Positions 9,049 to 17,556 of a stretch of 64,000 nucleotides of DNA are shown here, piece after piece. The DNA lies in the NCBI GenBank assembly GCA_965219955.1, contig OZ244799.1, positions 288,001 to 352,000 on the forward strand. Reading direction: 5' to 3'. Numbering within the stretch: position 1 is the stretch's first letter; every line of letters begins with the position of its first letter. The notes under the pieces are model-generated. The model had not been told where the DNA came from. It saw nothing but the letters and a program-made list of their open reading frames with translations, and ran no database searches. The translations under genes were made by a program, and so were the position numbers. The DNA comes from a bacterium. GTDB taxonomy: Bacteria > UBA8248.

Positions 9049-9170
9049 CGCCTCCGGGAAACGTGTCCGCCTCCGTCCGGCAGCGCCTCCTGAACAAGGC
9101 CAGAAGTGAGCGGCGGCTTTTTAGCGAGTTGCTCCAGTACTTCGCCATGGAGCGATTTCTCTACCGGCTG
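9045..9170 (+). pseudogene. AbiEii nucleotidyltransferase toxin, 5' fragment only (~42 codons)
   Basis: GTGA overlap with the antitoxin stop; NVSASVRQRLLNKAR...LLQYFAMERFLYRL is a typical AbiEii N-terminus; similarity ends before the KGG catalytic motif. Confidence 0.8.
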
Positions 9171-10384
9171 CGCTCTGCTCCCCCACCCCCCTCGGCCCAT
9201 TTCATGGCCGCGTAGGTTCCTGCTCCGAAGACCCCGAAAGCGGCGATCAGGGCGTACATGGTGCCGTCGAAACTGTGGCCCACGATTGCGCCGAACGGCA
9301 CCGAGATGAAGGTGGAGAGCGTAGCGACCACGCCCGCCCCCACGCCGGCGATGTGCCCGATGGGTTCCATGGCGAGCGCGTTGAGGTTCCCGAAGAGCAG
9401 TCCGATGCAGAGAAAGACGAGGAGCAGGTAGGTCATGAACAGCCAGAGCGGAGGAAGCCCCTCGAAGGCGAAGACCGGCGCCAGGCCGACGACCGAGATC
9501 AGCGTCATGGAGACCGTCGCCCTCCTCGAGAGCCGGCGCATCCCGTACTTCATGACGAGCCACCCGTTCACGAGCGAGGCGCCTCCGAAAGCGAGCGCCA
9601 GCACGCCGAAATAGGCCGGGAAAAGCGCGCCGGTATTGTACGCCTCCTGGAAGATTTGCTGGGAGGAGCTCAAGTAGGCCACGAACGGCGCGAACACGCA
9701 TCCGGTGGCCACGGTGTATCCGAGCGCGGCCCGGATCCGCAGCACCTCCAGGACGGCGGCGCCGATGGCGCGCGGGGAGAGGGGCCGCCGGCGGGCGGGG
9801 GGCAGGGTTTCCGGCTGGCGAAGTGAAAACCACGCGAGCGTGACCGCGGCGATGATGAAGAAGGCGGCGAATATCGCGCGCCAGCCGCCCAGCCACAGTA
9901 TCCCCAGCCCGAGGGCAGGCGCGACGGTGGGAACGAGAATGAACACGGCCATCGCAAAGGACATGAGACGAGCCATCTCGCGCCCTTCGTATTGATCGCG
10001 CACCAGGGCGACTGTAACGATGCGCGGTCCCGCGATTCCGACCCCCTGCAGCACGCGGCCCGCAATCATCACCTCGAAGGTGGATGCGAAGGTGCTCATG
10101 ACGCATCCCGACATGAACAGGACGAGGCCGGTATTGATGGCGGGCTTGCGTCCGATCCTGTCGGAGAGGGGGCCGAAAACGATCTGCCCGAGGCCGAGCC
10201 CCAGGAGCACGGCCGTGACGACGAACTGGACGTCGTTTCGGCGCGGCGCCCCGAGGTCTTGGCCTATCACGGGCAGCGCCGGCAGTATCGCGTCGATAGA
10301 GAGTGCGACGAGCGCCATCAGAAGGGCGACGAGGGGAACGAATTCACCGGGACGAAGGGCGGGTTTGATGGACGTTTTGCTCAT
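9161..10384 (-). CDS. Bcr/CflA-family multidrug efflux MFS transporter
   Basis: LSIDAILPAL, GPLSDRIGRKP (motif A), GRVLQG, VRDQYEGREMAR, PETL; about 12 hydrophobic segments. Confidence 0.92.
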   Translation of the reverse strand: MSKTSIKPALRPGEFVPLVALLMALVALSIDAILPALPVIGQDLGAPRRNDVQFVVTAVLLGLGLGQIVFGPLSDRIGRKPAINTGLVLFMSGCVMSTFASTFEVMIAGRVLQGVGIAGPRIVTVALVRDQYEGREMARLMSFAMAVFILVPTVAPALGLGILWLGGWRAIFAAFFIIAAVTLAWFSLRQPETLPPARRRPLSPRAIGAAVLEVLRIRAALGYTVATGCVFAPFVAYLSSSQQIFQEAYNTGALFPAYFGVLALAFGGASLVNGWLVMKYGMRRLSRRATVSMTLISVVGLAPVFAFEGLPPLWLFMTYLLLVFLCIGLLFGNLNALAMEPIGHIAGVGAGVVATLSTFISVPFGAIVGHSFDGTMYALIAAFGVFGAGTYAAMKWAEGGGGAERSR

Positions 10385-10858
10385 TTTTCCTCCGGGGGCT
10401 CAATGCCGTTTGAATCCGCCTCGACTCTATCATGATCCGGCCGGCAACAGCTTGCGCACGGCTGCGCTCAGGCGCGGCGCGGCCTCATCCGGATTCAGCG
10501 TCTCACCTTTCGCAAAGTAATGCGCCTCGAATAAGGCTCTGAATTTCCAACGCAACCTTCCGGGGTTGTTGAAAAAGTTCCCCCGTCAAGGGGATCACTT
10601 GCCTCGCGCTTCCCCTGAAAAAAACTATCCCCCCTTATCAGGGTTGTTGAAATAGTCCTTATTTCGAGTTTCGGTGTATTTTACCTACCGGTGAGAGAGA
10701 AGAATCACTCCCCCCTTGAGGGGGAGTCGAAGAGCTGAGGGCATAAGCCCGAAAGCGATTCGGTGGGGGGTATAATTCAGAATGGCGATAAAACGCATTT
10801 TACCCCCCACCGATTCAGCCTTCGCACAAACCGCTCGGCTTCATCGACTCCCCCTCAA

Positions 10859-12374
10859 GGGCCTGTTGAAAAAGCCCTGGTTTTGTGATCGTATGGAGTT
10901 ATCCCGACTCGCCCGAGATGGGAGTATCCTCGATGTTGGATCGCAAGAGGCGCGAGCAGATGGACTTGTTCGTGGCCGGCCCGCTGGAGAAGTTGATTCC
11001 TGAAGATCACATATTGCGGCAGGTGGACCGCGTGCTGGATTTGAGCTGGCTTCGCGAGGAGGTGGCGGCGTGCTATTGCGCGGACAATGGCCGTCCGGGC
11101 CTGGATCCCGAGGTGGTGGTTCGGTTGATGCTGGCGGGCCTGCTGCTGGGCTACGCGCACGACCGGCGCCTGTTGCGCGAGGCGCAGGCGCACCTGGCGA
11201 TCCGGTGGTTCATCGGGTACAGGCTGGACGAGGAGTTGCCGGACCATTCGAGCCTGACGCGTATCCGTCAGCGCTGGGGGGAGGAGCGGTTCAAGGAGAT
11301 ATTGCGCCGCACGGTTCAGGCTTGCGTGGAGGCGAAGGTGGCGAAGGGAGAAGTGGTGCACATGGACGCTTCGTTGATACGTGCGGACGTGAGCTGGGAG
11401 AGTCTGGCGGAGCGCCACGCGGAGAAGGTGGTGCGGGAGAACGACTCGGAGGATGAGGGCGGGAAGAAGGGCGGGGGCGGGGGTTCGGGGAAGATAAGCC
11501 GAACGGACCCGGACGCTCGCCTGGCGCGCAAGAGCGCTCGCGCGGGGTTCGAGCCGAGCTACAAGCACCACGCGGTGGTGGACGATGAGCGGGGGGTGGT
11601 TCTCGACGTAGCGGTGACGGAGGGGACGTTGAACGAGCGGGAGATGATGGAGCCGCAGTTGGATGCGGTTTGCGAACTGACGGGTCGCGCGCCCGCGGTG
11701 GTGACGGCGGATAGTGGCTATGCGTACTCGAAGGTGTACGGCGCATTGGAGCGTCGGGGGGTCGCCGCGCTGATACCGGCGAAGAAGGAGCCTTCCCAGA
11801 GCCGGGTGCCGCTGCAGTTGTTCCGCTACGACGAGCGTCACAAGGTGGTGAAGTGTCCGGGGGGCAAGACGCTGCGTCCCCGGAAGGAGACGGAGCGGGG
11901 GCGCTACTATGTATCGAGGACGCGCGATTGCGCGGGCTGCGCGCTTAGGGCCGATTGTCTGTCGAAGTCTCGCACGAGCAGGACGGTGCTGATTCCGCAC
12001 GAGTATCCGGCGCTGTTGCGCGCGCGCCGTCGCCACGCGCGCCGGGGGGAGGAGGAGCGCCGGCTGTGGCGCCGCCACATGGGGCGCTCGGAGGGCTACC
12101 ACGGCGAAGCGAAGAGTTGGCACGGACTGGCGCGGGCGGTGCGCCGGGGTATGGAGAACATGAAGATCCAGGCCTACCTGACGGCGACTGCGGTGAACCT
12201 CAAGCGGCTCGCCGCCGCTCATGCGGCAGGTATATTCGCTCTGTGGCGGGCCTGCGCCGCCTCGAGTCGCCGAATGCGCGTTCCCCGCGGCCTCACGCGC
12301 CGATTGGGCTTGATCTCCCAAGCCGCGTGAGACGCCATACCGCCCGCTTCAAAACGGGGTTTTTCAACAACCCC
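10859..12374 (+). mobile_element. IS1182-family insertion sequence
   Basis: TIRs GGGCCTGTTGAAAAAGCCC / GGGGTTTTTCAACAACCCC (16/19 match); 5-bp direct repeat CTCAA at 10854-10858 and 12375-12379. Confidence 0.9.
10933..12330 (+). CDS. IS1182-family DDE transposase
   Basis: LIPEDHILR...GRPGLDP...LPDHSSLTRIRQRWG (DUF772-like), MDASLIRA, SRTDPDA, TADSGY, CPGG...CAGCALRADC, SEGYHGEAK; start set at ATG after GGAG. Confidence 0.9.
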   Translation: MLDRKRREQMDLFVAGPLEKLIPEDHILRQVDRVLDLSWLREEVAACYCADNGRPGLDPEVVVRLMLAGLLLGYAHDRRLLREAQAHLAIRWFIGYRLDEELPDHSSLTRIRQRWGEERFKEILRRTVQACVEAKVAKGEVVHMDASLIRADVSWESLAERHAEKVVRENDSEDEGGKKGGGGGSGKISRTDPDARLARKSARAGFEPSYKHHAVVDDERGVVLDVAVTEGTLNEREMMEPQLDAVCELTGRAPAVVTADSGYAYSKVYGALERRGVAALIPAKKEPSQSRVPLQLFRYDERHKVVKCPGGKTLRPRKETERGRYYVSRTRDCAGCALRADCLSKSRTSRTVLIPHEYPALLRARRRHARRGEEERRLWRRHMGRSEGYHGEAKSWHGLARAVRRGMENMKIQAYLTATAVNLKRLAAAHAAGIFALWRACAASSRRMRVPRGLTRRLGLISQAA

Positions 12375-12654
12375 CTCAAGGGGGGAGTGAACTTCAAAAG
12401 CGTGCGCTCAACCAAAACCTCTCCATGGGAATTTTCCAACAGCCCGGACAAGGGGGGTTGGAGGTCGAGCGCAACCGGGGAGGGAGTCCGTTTTCCCGTT
12501 CACCAGCTCTCGGCTGCGCCTCCATCGAGCCCGTTCTGGAAGATCGCTTCCGGCCGTAGTAATCTTCACCGGAAAGAAGCCAAGCCGAGAACGTCAGGCA
12601 ACGCCGGCTTACCGGCGGCGGCGAGGGTAATTGTCGTAGCTTAAGGAAAATCAG

Positions 12655-13995
12655 ATGAAAAAGCGCATCCAGTTGGCATTTGATATCTCGTGGACCGAGG
12701 TAGAGACCAATTGGAGGAATCCGGGTTCGTGGGTGGACCGCCACCACCCCAATATCGGGATGTTCGAGGAAGTGGCCCGCGTCGCGGAGCGCGGCGGTCT
12801 CGACCTCATCTTCCTGGGGGACTCGACGGGCATTCCCGACACGTGGAAAGACTCGATTGACGATGCGGTCAGCTACGGCGTCGCATGGCCGAGATTCGAC
12901 ATGAGTCCGTGGATTGTCGCGATGTCACGCGTCACCAGGCATCTCGGGTTCGGCTTGACGTACTCCTCCAGCTTCATGCACCCGTTTTATACGGCGCGCC
13001 TTCTGAATTCCATGGACCATATCACCAACGGTCGAATGGCCTTCAACGTCATCACCTCGGCGCGCCGTTCCGATTTTGCGAACTATGGCTACGACGGGCT
13101 GCCGGATCATGGTGAGCGCTACGAACGGCTCGAAGAGTTTATCGACGTCTGCCGGGCGTTGTGGAACAGCGTCGAGGCGGATGCTTTCCTCTGGGACAAG
13201 GCCTCGGGCCGGATCGCCGACCCCGCCAAGGTTCATCCGATCAATCACGAGGGGAAGTTTTTCAGGGTCAAGGGGCCACTAAGCGTCGTCCCCTCTCCCC
13301 AGGGAAGTCCCGTAATCATACAGGCCGGAGGCTCGCCGCGCGGCATCCAGGGCGCCGCTCATGTCGCCGATCATGTTTTCGGCAGGACCAAGACGTTGCC
13401 GCTCATGGCGAAGCAAAGACGAGACCTCGATGACGCCCTCCTCGCTAAGGGAAGGGACCCGCAAGAGGTCGGGATCTTATGGTCGCTCAGGGCCATCGTC
13501 GGTGAAACCGGGAAACAGGCGAATGCGCTGCGGGAAGCGCTGATTTCCGACGTGCCCACGGAAGCCGTCGGGGCATGGCTGTCGCACAATTCCGGCTACG
13601 ACATGTCCAAACTTCCGCCGCGATTCTCCCTGGCGGAACTTCAGGAACGAATCGTCGCCGCGCAGGCCTCCCCGGTGGGTTTCGTCAATCTCTTGGCGCA
13701 CAAATACGGCGAGCACGCCGAGATCGATCGCGAGGAATTCTTTCGGCATGGACTCGAGGCGGCAACGGGGTACGCCACCGCGTTCACCGGTACGGCGGCG
13801 CAGATTGCCGATCGTTTCGAAGAGATATTCGAAGCGACCGGGAGCCGGGGCGGCTTCATGGTCAAGCAGTCCCAGGCCGGGCCGCGCGAGATTATGCTCA
13901 ACATCGTGGACCACCTGGTCCCCGAATTGCAAAGGCGGGGGAGGTACAGGAAATCGTACGAGGGCAAGACGCTGCGGGAAAACCTCGCCGTCTGA
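12655..13995 (+). CDS. NtaA/DmoA-family FMN-dependent (LLM) monooxygenase
   Basis: AERGGLDLIFLGD, HPFYTARLLNSMDHITNGRMAFNVITS, HEGKFFRVKGPL, PQGSPVIIQAGGSPRG, VPELQRRG...YEGKTLRENL. Confidence 0.92.
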   Translation: MKKRIQLAFDISWTEVETNWRNPGSWVDRHHPNIGMFEEVARVAERGGLDLIFLGDSTGIPDTWKDSIDDAVSYGVAWPRFDMSPWIVAMSRVTRHLGFGLTYSSSFMHPFYTARLLNSMDHITNGRMAFNVITSARRSDFANYGYDGLPDHGERYERLEEFIDVCRALWNSVEADAFLWDKASGRIADPAKVHPINHEGKFFRVKGPLSVVPSPQGSPVIIQAGGSPRGIQGAAHVADHVFGRTKTLPLMAKQRRDLDDALLAKGRDPQEVGILWSLRAIVGETGKQANALREALISDVPTEAVGAWLSHNSGYDMSKLPPRFSLAELQERIVAAQASPVGFVNLLAHKYGEHAEIDREEFFRHGLEAATGYATAFTGTAAQIADRFEEIFEATGSRGGFMVKQSQAGPREIMLNIVDHLVPELQRRGRYRKSYEGKTLRENLAV

Positions 13996-14090
13996 CCCCG
14001 GCGCAATCGCAAGTCCGTAGAATAAGAATTGGATATGACGAATTATTCAGCAGGACTCATCACCCTGCCGAGGGCGTTCACGCGTTCATT

Positions 14091-14450
14091 GGTGAGGGCG
14101 GGGAACCTGAAGCTTTCGCAAAAGCGGTCGCGAGGAGAGTTCTCGAGGAACCGGAAGCCGACTTAAGGTTAGCCGTCCACGGCCCCAATCCGCCGGAGAA
14201 CATCGAGCCGGAAAACTCCCGCCGCGCTCCCGCGCTTGGCCCCGCCCGCATGACGCTCGACACCGGAGACGACGCCTTCACCTTCACGGCGCGCTCAGGC
14301 GTCTACGAGCAGTTTGCGCAGTCGCGCGCGCCTGTCTACGGGATGGAGTTCGTGCGCTGCGCGGTGCCGGGTCCGGACCCGTTGGCGTGATGCTGGAGAG
14401 CCTGAATTTCTAGAACAATTCGATAAATTTAGATAAATTCACGGGGTTTT
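14091..14450 (+). pseudogene. Displaced, diverged duplicate of the cinA 3' end (direct repeat copy 2)
   Basis: 99 codons (14091-14390) align to cinA 7800-8099 with 72/99 identical residues by hand count; no start codon or 5' part. Confidence 0.9.
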
Positions 14451-14530
14451 TCCGTAAATTTCCGTAAATGATCGAGGGGATTTGCGGGGAATTGCGGGCG
14501 TGGGGTGCGCGCAGATGCGGGGAGTTGCGC
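14417..14530. repeat. Cluster of short tandem repeats downstream of the tail operon
   Basis: GATAAATT x2 (14422-14439), TCCGTAAAT x2 (14451-14469), GGATTTGCGG/GGAATTGCGG (14478-14497), GCAGATGCGG/GGAGTTGCGC (14511-14530); all have a 10-bp period. Confidence 0.6.
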
Positions 14531-14623
14531 GCGCGAAACCGGCTGATCTTCGAGCGGCCGCGCCTCATGCGCCCTCCCGGGGATCGTCTTGACGCAGATG
14601 TCCATCATCCGGCTTCCTTTCGC

Positions 14624-16309
14624 CTACGCCTGCCCGTAGCGGCGGCGGCGCCTGTTGATGTCCTCCAGCTTGCGCGAGAGCTTCTCGAGCGTGCGGTTGT
14701 CGCTCAGGTTCCCTTCGATGTGAATGTGGTAGACGTGGGTGTCGCCCCCGCCTCCGCCCATCTCGTCCCGTATCGCGTCGCGGATGATGGGCCGCACGCC
14801 GCGCTGAAAGAAGTCGATGGATTGCGGGTGATTCACGTTCATGATGTGCTCGGGCCCCGCCTCGCCCACGAGTCTGAGCGCCGAGCGCTTGACGAAACGC
14901 CCCGCCGCGTCGCCTTCTTCAATGGGCAGCGCCTTCAAGTAGACGCTGTAAAAATCCTTGCCGAAATACCGCTTCACGCCCTCCTGGGGCGAGATGCCCG
15001 CTTCCCCGGCCGCCCGCTGGATGACCTGGAAAGCCAGACCTGCTTTTTCCAGCAAAGGAAGGTCCACGCTCATCTTCCCTTCGTAGACCGCCTGGGGGAG
15101 TGTGAGGTACTGCGCTTTTTCCGCCACGCCTGTATCGCGGAATTTTTCGAGCGCGAGATACAGCCCGGCCGCCTGCCCGAGATTCGCTATTCCCCGGGTG
15201 AAGGGCGTGGACTTCTTTCGCTTGAAACCGAGGAAGGAGAGCACCTGCTTGATGGCCCCTCCTTTGTTGAACAGGACGTCGGTAAGCAGAAAAGCGCCCG
15301 CCGCAGGCCCCAAGGCGGCGATGCCCGTGGCGCCCGAGAGCGCGGGGAGGGCGCCCGCAACGTTGATTCCCAGACTTGCTCCCCTTTTCAAGGTTTTAGG
15401 ACCCCTCAGGAAGTCCAGCGCGGAGAAGGCGATTTGCAGGGTCGCCGCCGCCTTTGCGGCCGCAATCCGTGCGGCCAGTTCGCTGCTCGCCTTTGCGCCC
15501 GCGCCGGTGGCGACCGCCGTGCCGCCCAGTCGATTCGCCGCCTCGATCTCGGAGATGGATTTGAAAAGGCGCATGATTCCCGCCTCGCCGCCGATTTTCG
15601 CCAGCGGCACCACGAGTTCCGGCCCCGCTTCGCCGATCAGGCCCAGGGTGGGTTTTTTCACCAGGCCGCCCTTGGAGAAGCCGAATACCTTGAACAGGCC
15701 CTTGCTTAGATCACCCAGCAAGCCCGTACCCAAACCCTGGAGAGCACTCACGGCCGGTTTGATGAATTGCGTGCTCGCCATCTCTGCGGCGGCGTTACGC
15801 ACCATGTTGATGGCGTGGTTTTTCAGATCGCTGAACAGATCCTTGGCGCTGTCGATTTTGCCGCTGAGTACGCCCGAGAAAAATCGGGTAAGCGTCTGCT
15901 CGCTGGCCGAGGCGAAGTCGTTCACCGCCCTTCCGGCGATCTGAAAAGAGGCGGGCAGGTCCGCGGCTTTCCTTTTGACCTCGTCCAGGCCTCTGGCGAG
16001 TGGACCGGAGCTGAGCCGGGAGCCGGCTCGTTCCGCATTCCGCCACAGGGAGTTCATCCCCTCGGCTGCATCCATGGACGAGGCGCCGACGCCCTGGAGG
16101 CGTTCCGAGGACCTCACGAAGGCGCGGCTCGATTTTTCGAGCGCGCTCCGCGATCCGCGCGTCTCGAGCTTGAGTTTTTCCGTGGCGATTCTGGCCTGTC
16201 CCGCCGCCTTGGTGAAACGCTCGAGCGCTTTCAGGCTGTTCCCGGAGTTCAGGTCTATTTTCTTCGTTATCGAGATTTTATGGACTTGCTCCGGCACGGG
16301 ATCTCTCAC
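14624..16309 (-). CDS. Phage tail tape-measure-like protein
   Basis: Ala/Gly/Leu-rich helical protein with FSKGGLVKKPTLGLIGEAGPELVVPL and a second LVGEAGPEHIM motif, ending GGGGGDTHVYHIHIEGN; start may be GTG 16297 (better AGGAG spacing). Confidence 0.8.
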   Translation of the reverse strand: MRDPVPEQVHKISITKKIDLNSGNSLKALERFTKAAGQARIATEKLKLETRGSRSALEKSSRAFVRSSERLQGVGASSMDAAEGMNSLWRNAERAGSRLSSGPLARGLDEVKRKAADLPASFQIAGRAVNDFASASEQTLTRFFSGVLSGKIDSAKDLFSDLKNHAINMVRNAAAEMASTQFIKPAVSALQGLGTGLLGDLSKGLFKVFGFSKGGLVKKPTLGLIGEAGPELVVPLAKIGGEAGIMRLFKSISEIEAANRLGGTAVATGAGAKASSELAARIAAAKAAATLQIAFSALDFLRGPKTLKRGASLGINVAGALPALSGATGIAALGPAAGAFLLTDVLFNKGGAIKQVLSFLGFKRKKSTPFTRGIANLGQAAGLYLALEKFRDTGVAEKAQYLTLPQAVYEGKMSVDLPLLEKAGLAFQVIQRAAGEAGISPQEGVKRYFGKDFYSVYLKALPIEEGDAAGRFVKRSALRLVGEAGPEHIMNVNHPQSIDFFQRGVRPIIRDAIRDEMGGGGGDTHVYHIHIEGNLSDNRTLEKLSRKLEDINRRRRRYGQA

Positions 16310-16349
16310 TCCTGAGTATGATGCATGATGTGGCTTGATGCCGGGCGCG

Positions 16350-16472
16350 CTAATCCGCCCAGGGGTTGATGAAATGCCACAGGTGGTTCGTGATGAGGCG
16401 TGGCTCGACCGCCGCTATGGCGCAAAAGACGGCGGCGGCCGAGGAAAGCGCCGCGAGAAGATGGGGAATCAT
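16350..16472 (-). CDS. Small hydrophobic protein, 40 aa (MIPHLLAALSSAAAVFCAIAAVEPRLITNHLWHFINPWAD)
   Basis: Not in the ORF track; ATGA overlap with the upstream stop at 16469-16472; one predicted TM segment. Confidence 0.5.
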   Translation of the reverse strand: MIPHLLAALSSAAAVFCAIAAVEPRLITNHLWHFINPWAD

Positions 16473-16852
16473 GGTTGACGCTCCTTGTTCAGGCGCTCGT
16501 CGAGTCGGGCGAGCGCGGTTTCGACCTCACGCAGACGGCGGAGTATTTGCGCAAAGGCCCGCGCGTCCGCGCGCGTTTTTTTCACGGAAATCGCCTTGAG
16601 TTCACGGAATTTGAGATCGGCGATCGTTTTCGCCTCTCGCAGCCGGGTTTCCACTTCCTGGAAGCGGACGCGCGCGCCCGCGTTTTTCTCCAAAAGCCAG
16701 GGGTGGCCCCGCTCGGCCATGTGGGCCGCCAGACGCGCTTCCACGTTCACGATCTGGTTGTAGAGCGGGGTATAGGCGGCCACCCCGAGGCCGGCGATGC
16801 TCAGGATGGACAAGAATATCTGGAGGCCTTTCCCGTTTCCTTCCGGGGCCAT
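16469..16852 (-). CDS. Membrane-anchored coiled-coil phage protein (holin/inner-spanin-like), 127 aa
   Basis: Start revised to MAPEGNGK (TGATG overlap with the upstream stop); N-terminal TM LQIFLSILSIAGLGVAAY followed by heptad-rich helix. Confidence 0.6.
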   Translation of the reverse strand: MAPEGNGKGLQIFLSILSIAGLGVAAYTPLYNQIVNVEARLAAHMAERGHPWLLEKNAGARVRFQEVETRLREAKTIADLKFRELKAISVKKTRADARAFAQILRRLREVETALARLDERLNKERQP

Positions 16853-17547
16853 CAGCGCACCGCATCGAAAGAAGAGGCGGCTTCTGCGAGTTTCGCGTCC
16901 AGGGCGGCCACGCTGGTCGTGACGTCGGCATCCCGGGTGTCGCGCACGCATTCGTCGTAAATTTTAAGGAGGGAGGCGAGCTGGCCGAGCAGGGTCGTTC
17001 TTCGGCTCGCCCATTCGTCCACCACGCTTTGACCCGTCGCGTAGCGCGCCGGATAGGCGTCTTTTCTGTTTTTGATGAGCAGGAAGCCCGGCTTTGCGAG
17101 TTTCTCCTCGTCTGAATCCTGCGCCCAGGCGTCGATGAGCCTGGCTTTTTCCTCGTATTCGGCCAGCTTGCCGCCCAGAGCGCTTACCGGCACGCCCACG
17201 ATGCGCGCCTTGGCGGCGTTCAGCAACAGGTTGAGTTTTTCTTTCGTCTGCTCCCGATGAACTTGCGCAACGCCCTCGGGCGCGTGCGCGGCATGAGCGG
17301 CGAGAATGGCCTCGCGCTGCGCCCGCGTGCTCGAACCGGCCACGTTGATGACCCACGTGTCCCGGGCGGGGCCGTGGATTTCGGGCCGGGCGGATTCCGT
17401 CTCGTCGGACCCGGGCCGCCAGTCGGCGTCAGGCGTCATGGTCGTTTTCAGCCGGTGCGCGCTGCCCAGATAGAGGTGCGCGAGGCCGGCAGCTTCCAGT
17501 TCATCCCGAAAATGCGGGCCGACGGCTTTGGACACTTCGATTTCCAT
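16852..17547 (-). CDS. Hypothetical phage protein (tail-fibre-associated/assembly-like by position)
   Basis: AGGAG RBS overlapping the fibre stop; directly follows the fibre gene; helical C-terminus. Confidence 0.55.
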   Translation of the reverse strand: MEIEVSKAVGPHFRDELEAAGLAHLYLGSAHRLKTTMTPDADWRPGSDETESARPEIHGPARDTWVINVAGSSTRAQREAILAAHAAHAPEGVAQVHREQTKEKLNLLLNAAKARIVGVPVSALGGKLAEYEEKARLIDAWAQDSDEEKLAKPGFLLIKNRKDAYPARYATGQSVVDEWASRRTTLLGQLASLLKIYDECVRDTRDADVTTSVAALDAKLAEAASSFDAVR

Positions 17548-17556
17548 GTTTGTCTC

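Larger units (their letters stand above)
10640..12446. mobile_element. MITE-like element copy C, interrupted by IS1182
   Basis: Ends AGGGTTGTTGAAATAG / ATTTTCCAACAGCCCG; left REP 10705-10728; core nearly identical to copy B and right flank nearly identical to copy A; lies between arms CCCCCCTTATC / GACAAGGGGGG; another unpaired left end at 10562. Confidence 0.75.

Noticed and set aside
13575-14390. 271-aa ORF ending in CinA-like residues
   Set aside because: Its 5' part is an off-frame overlap of the monooxygenase; only the last 99 codons are meaningful, as the cinA duplicate
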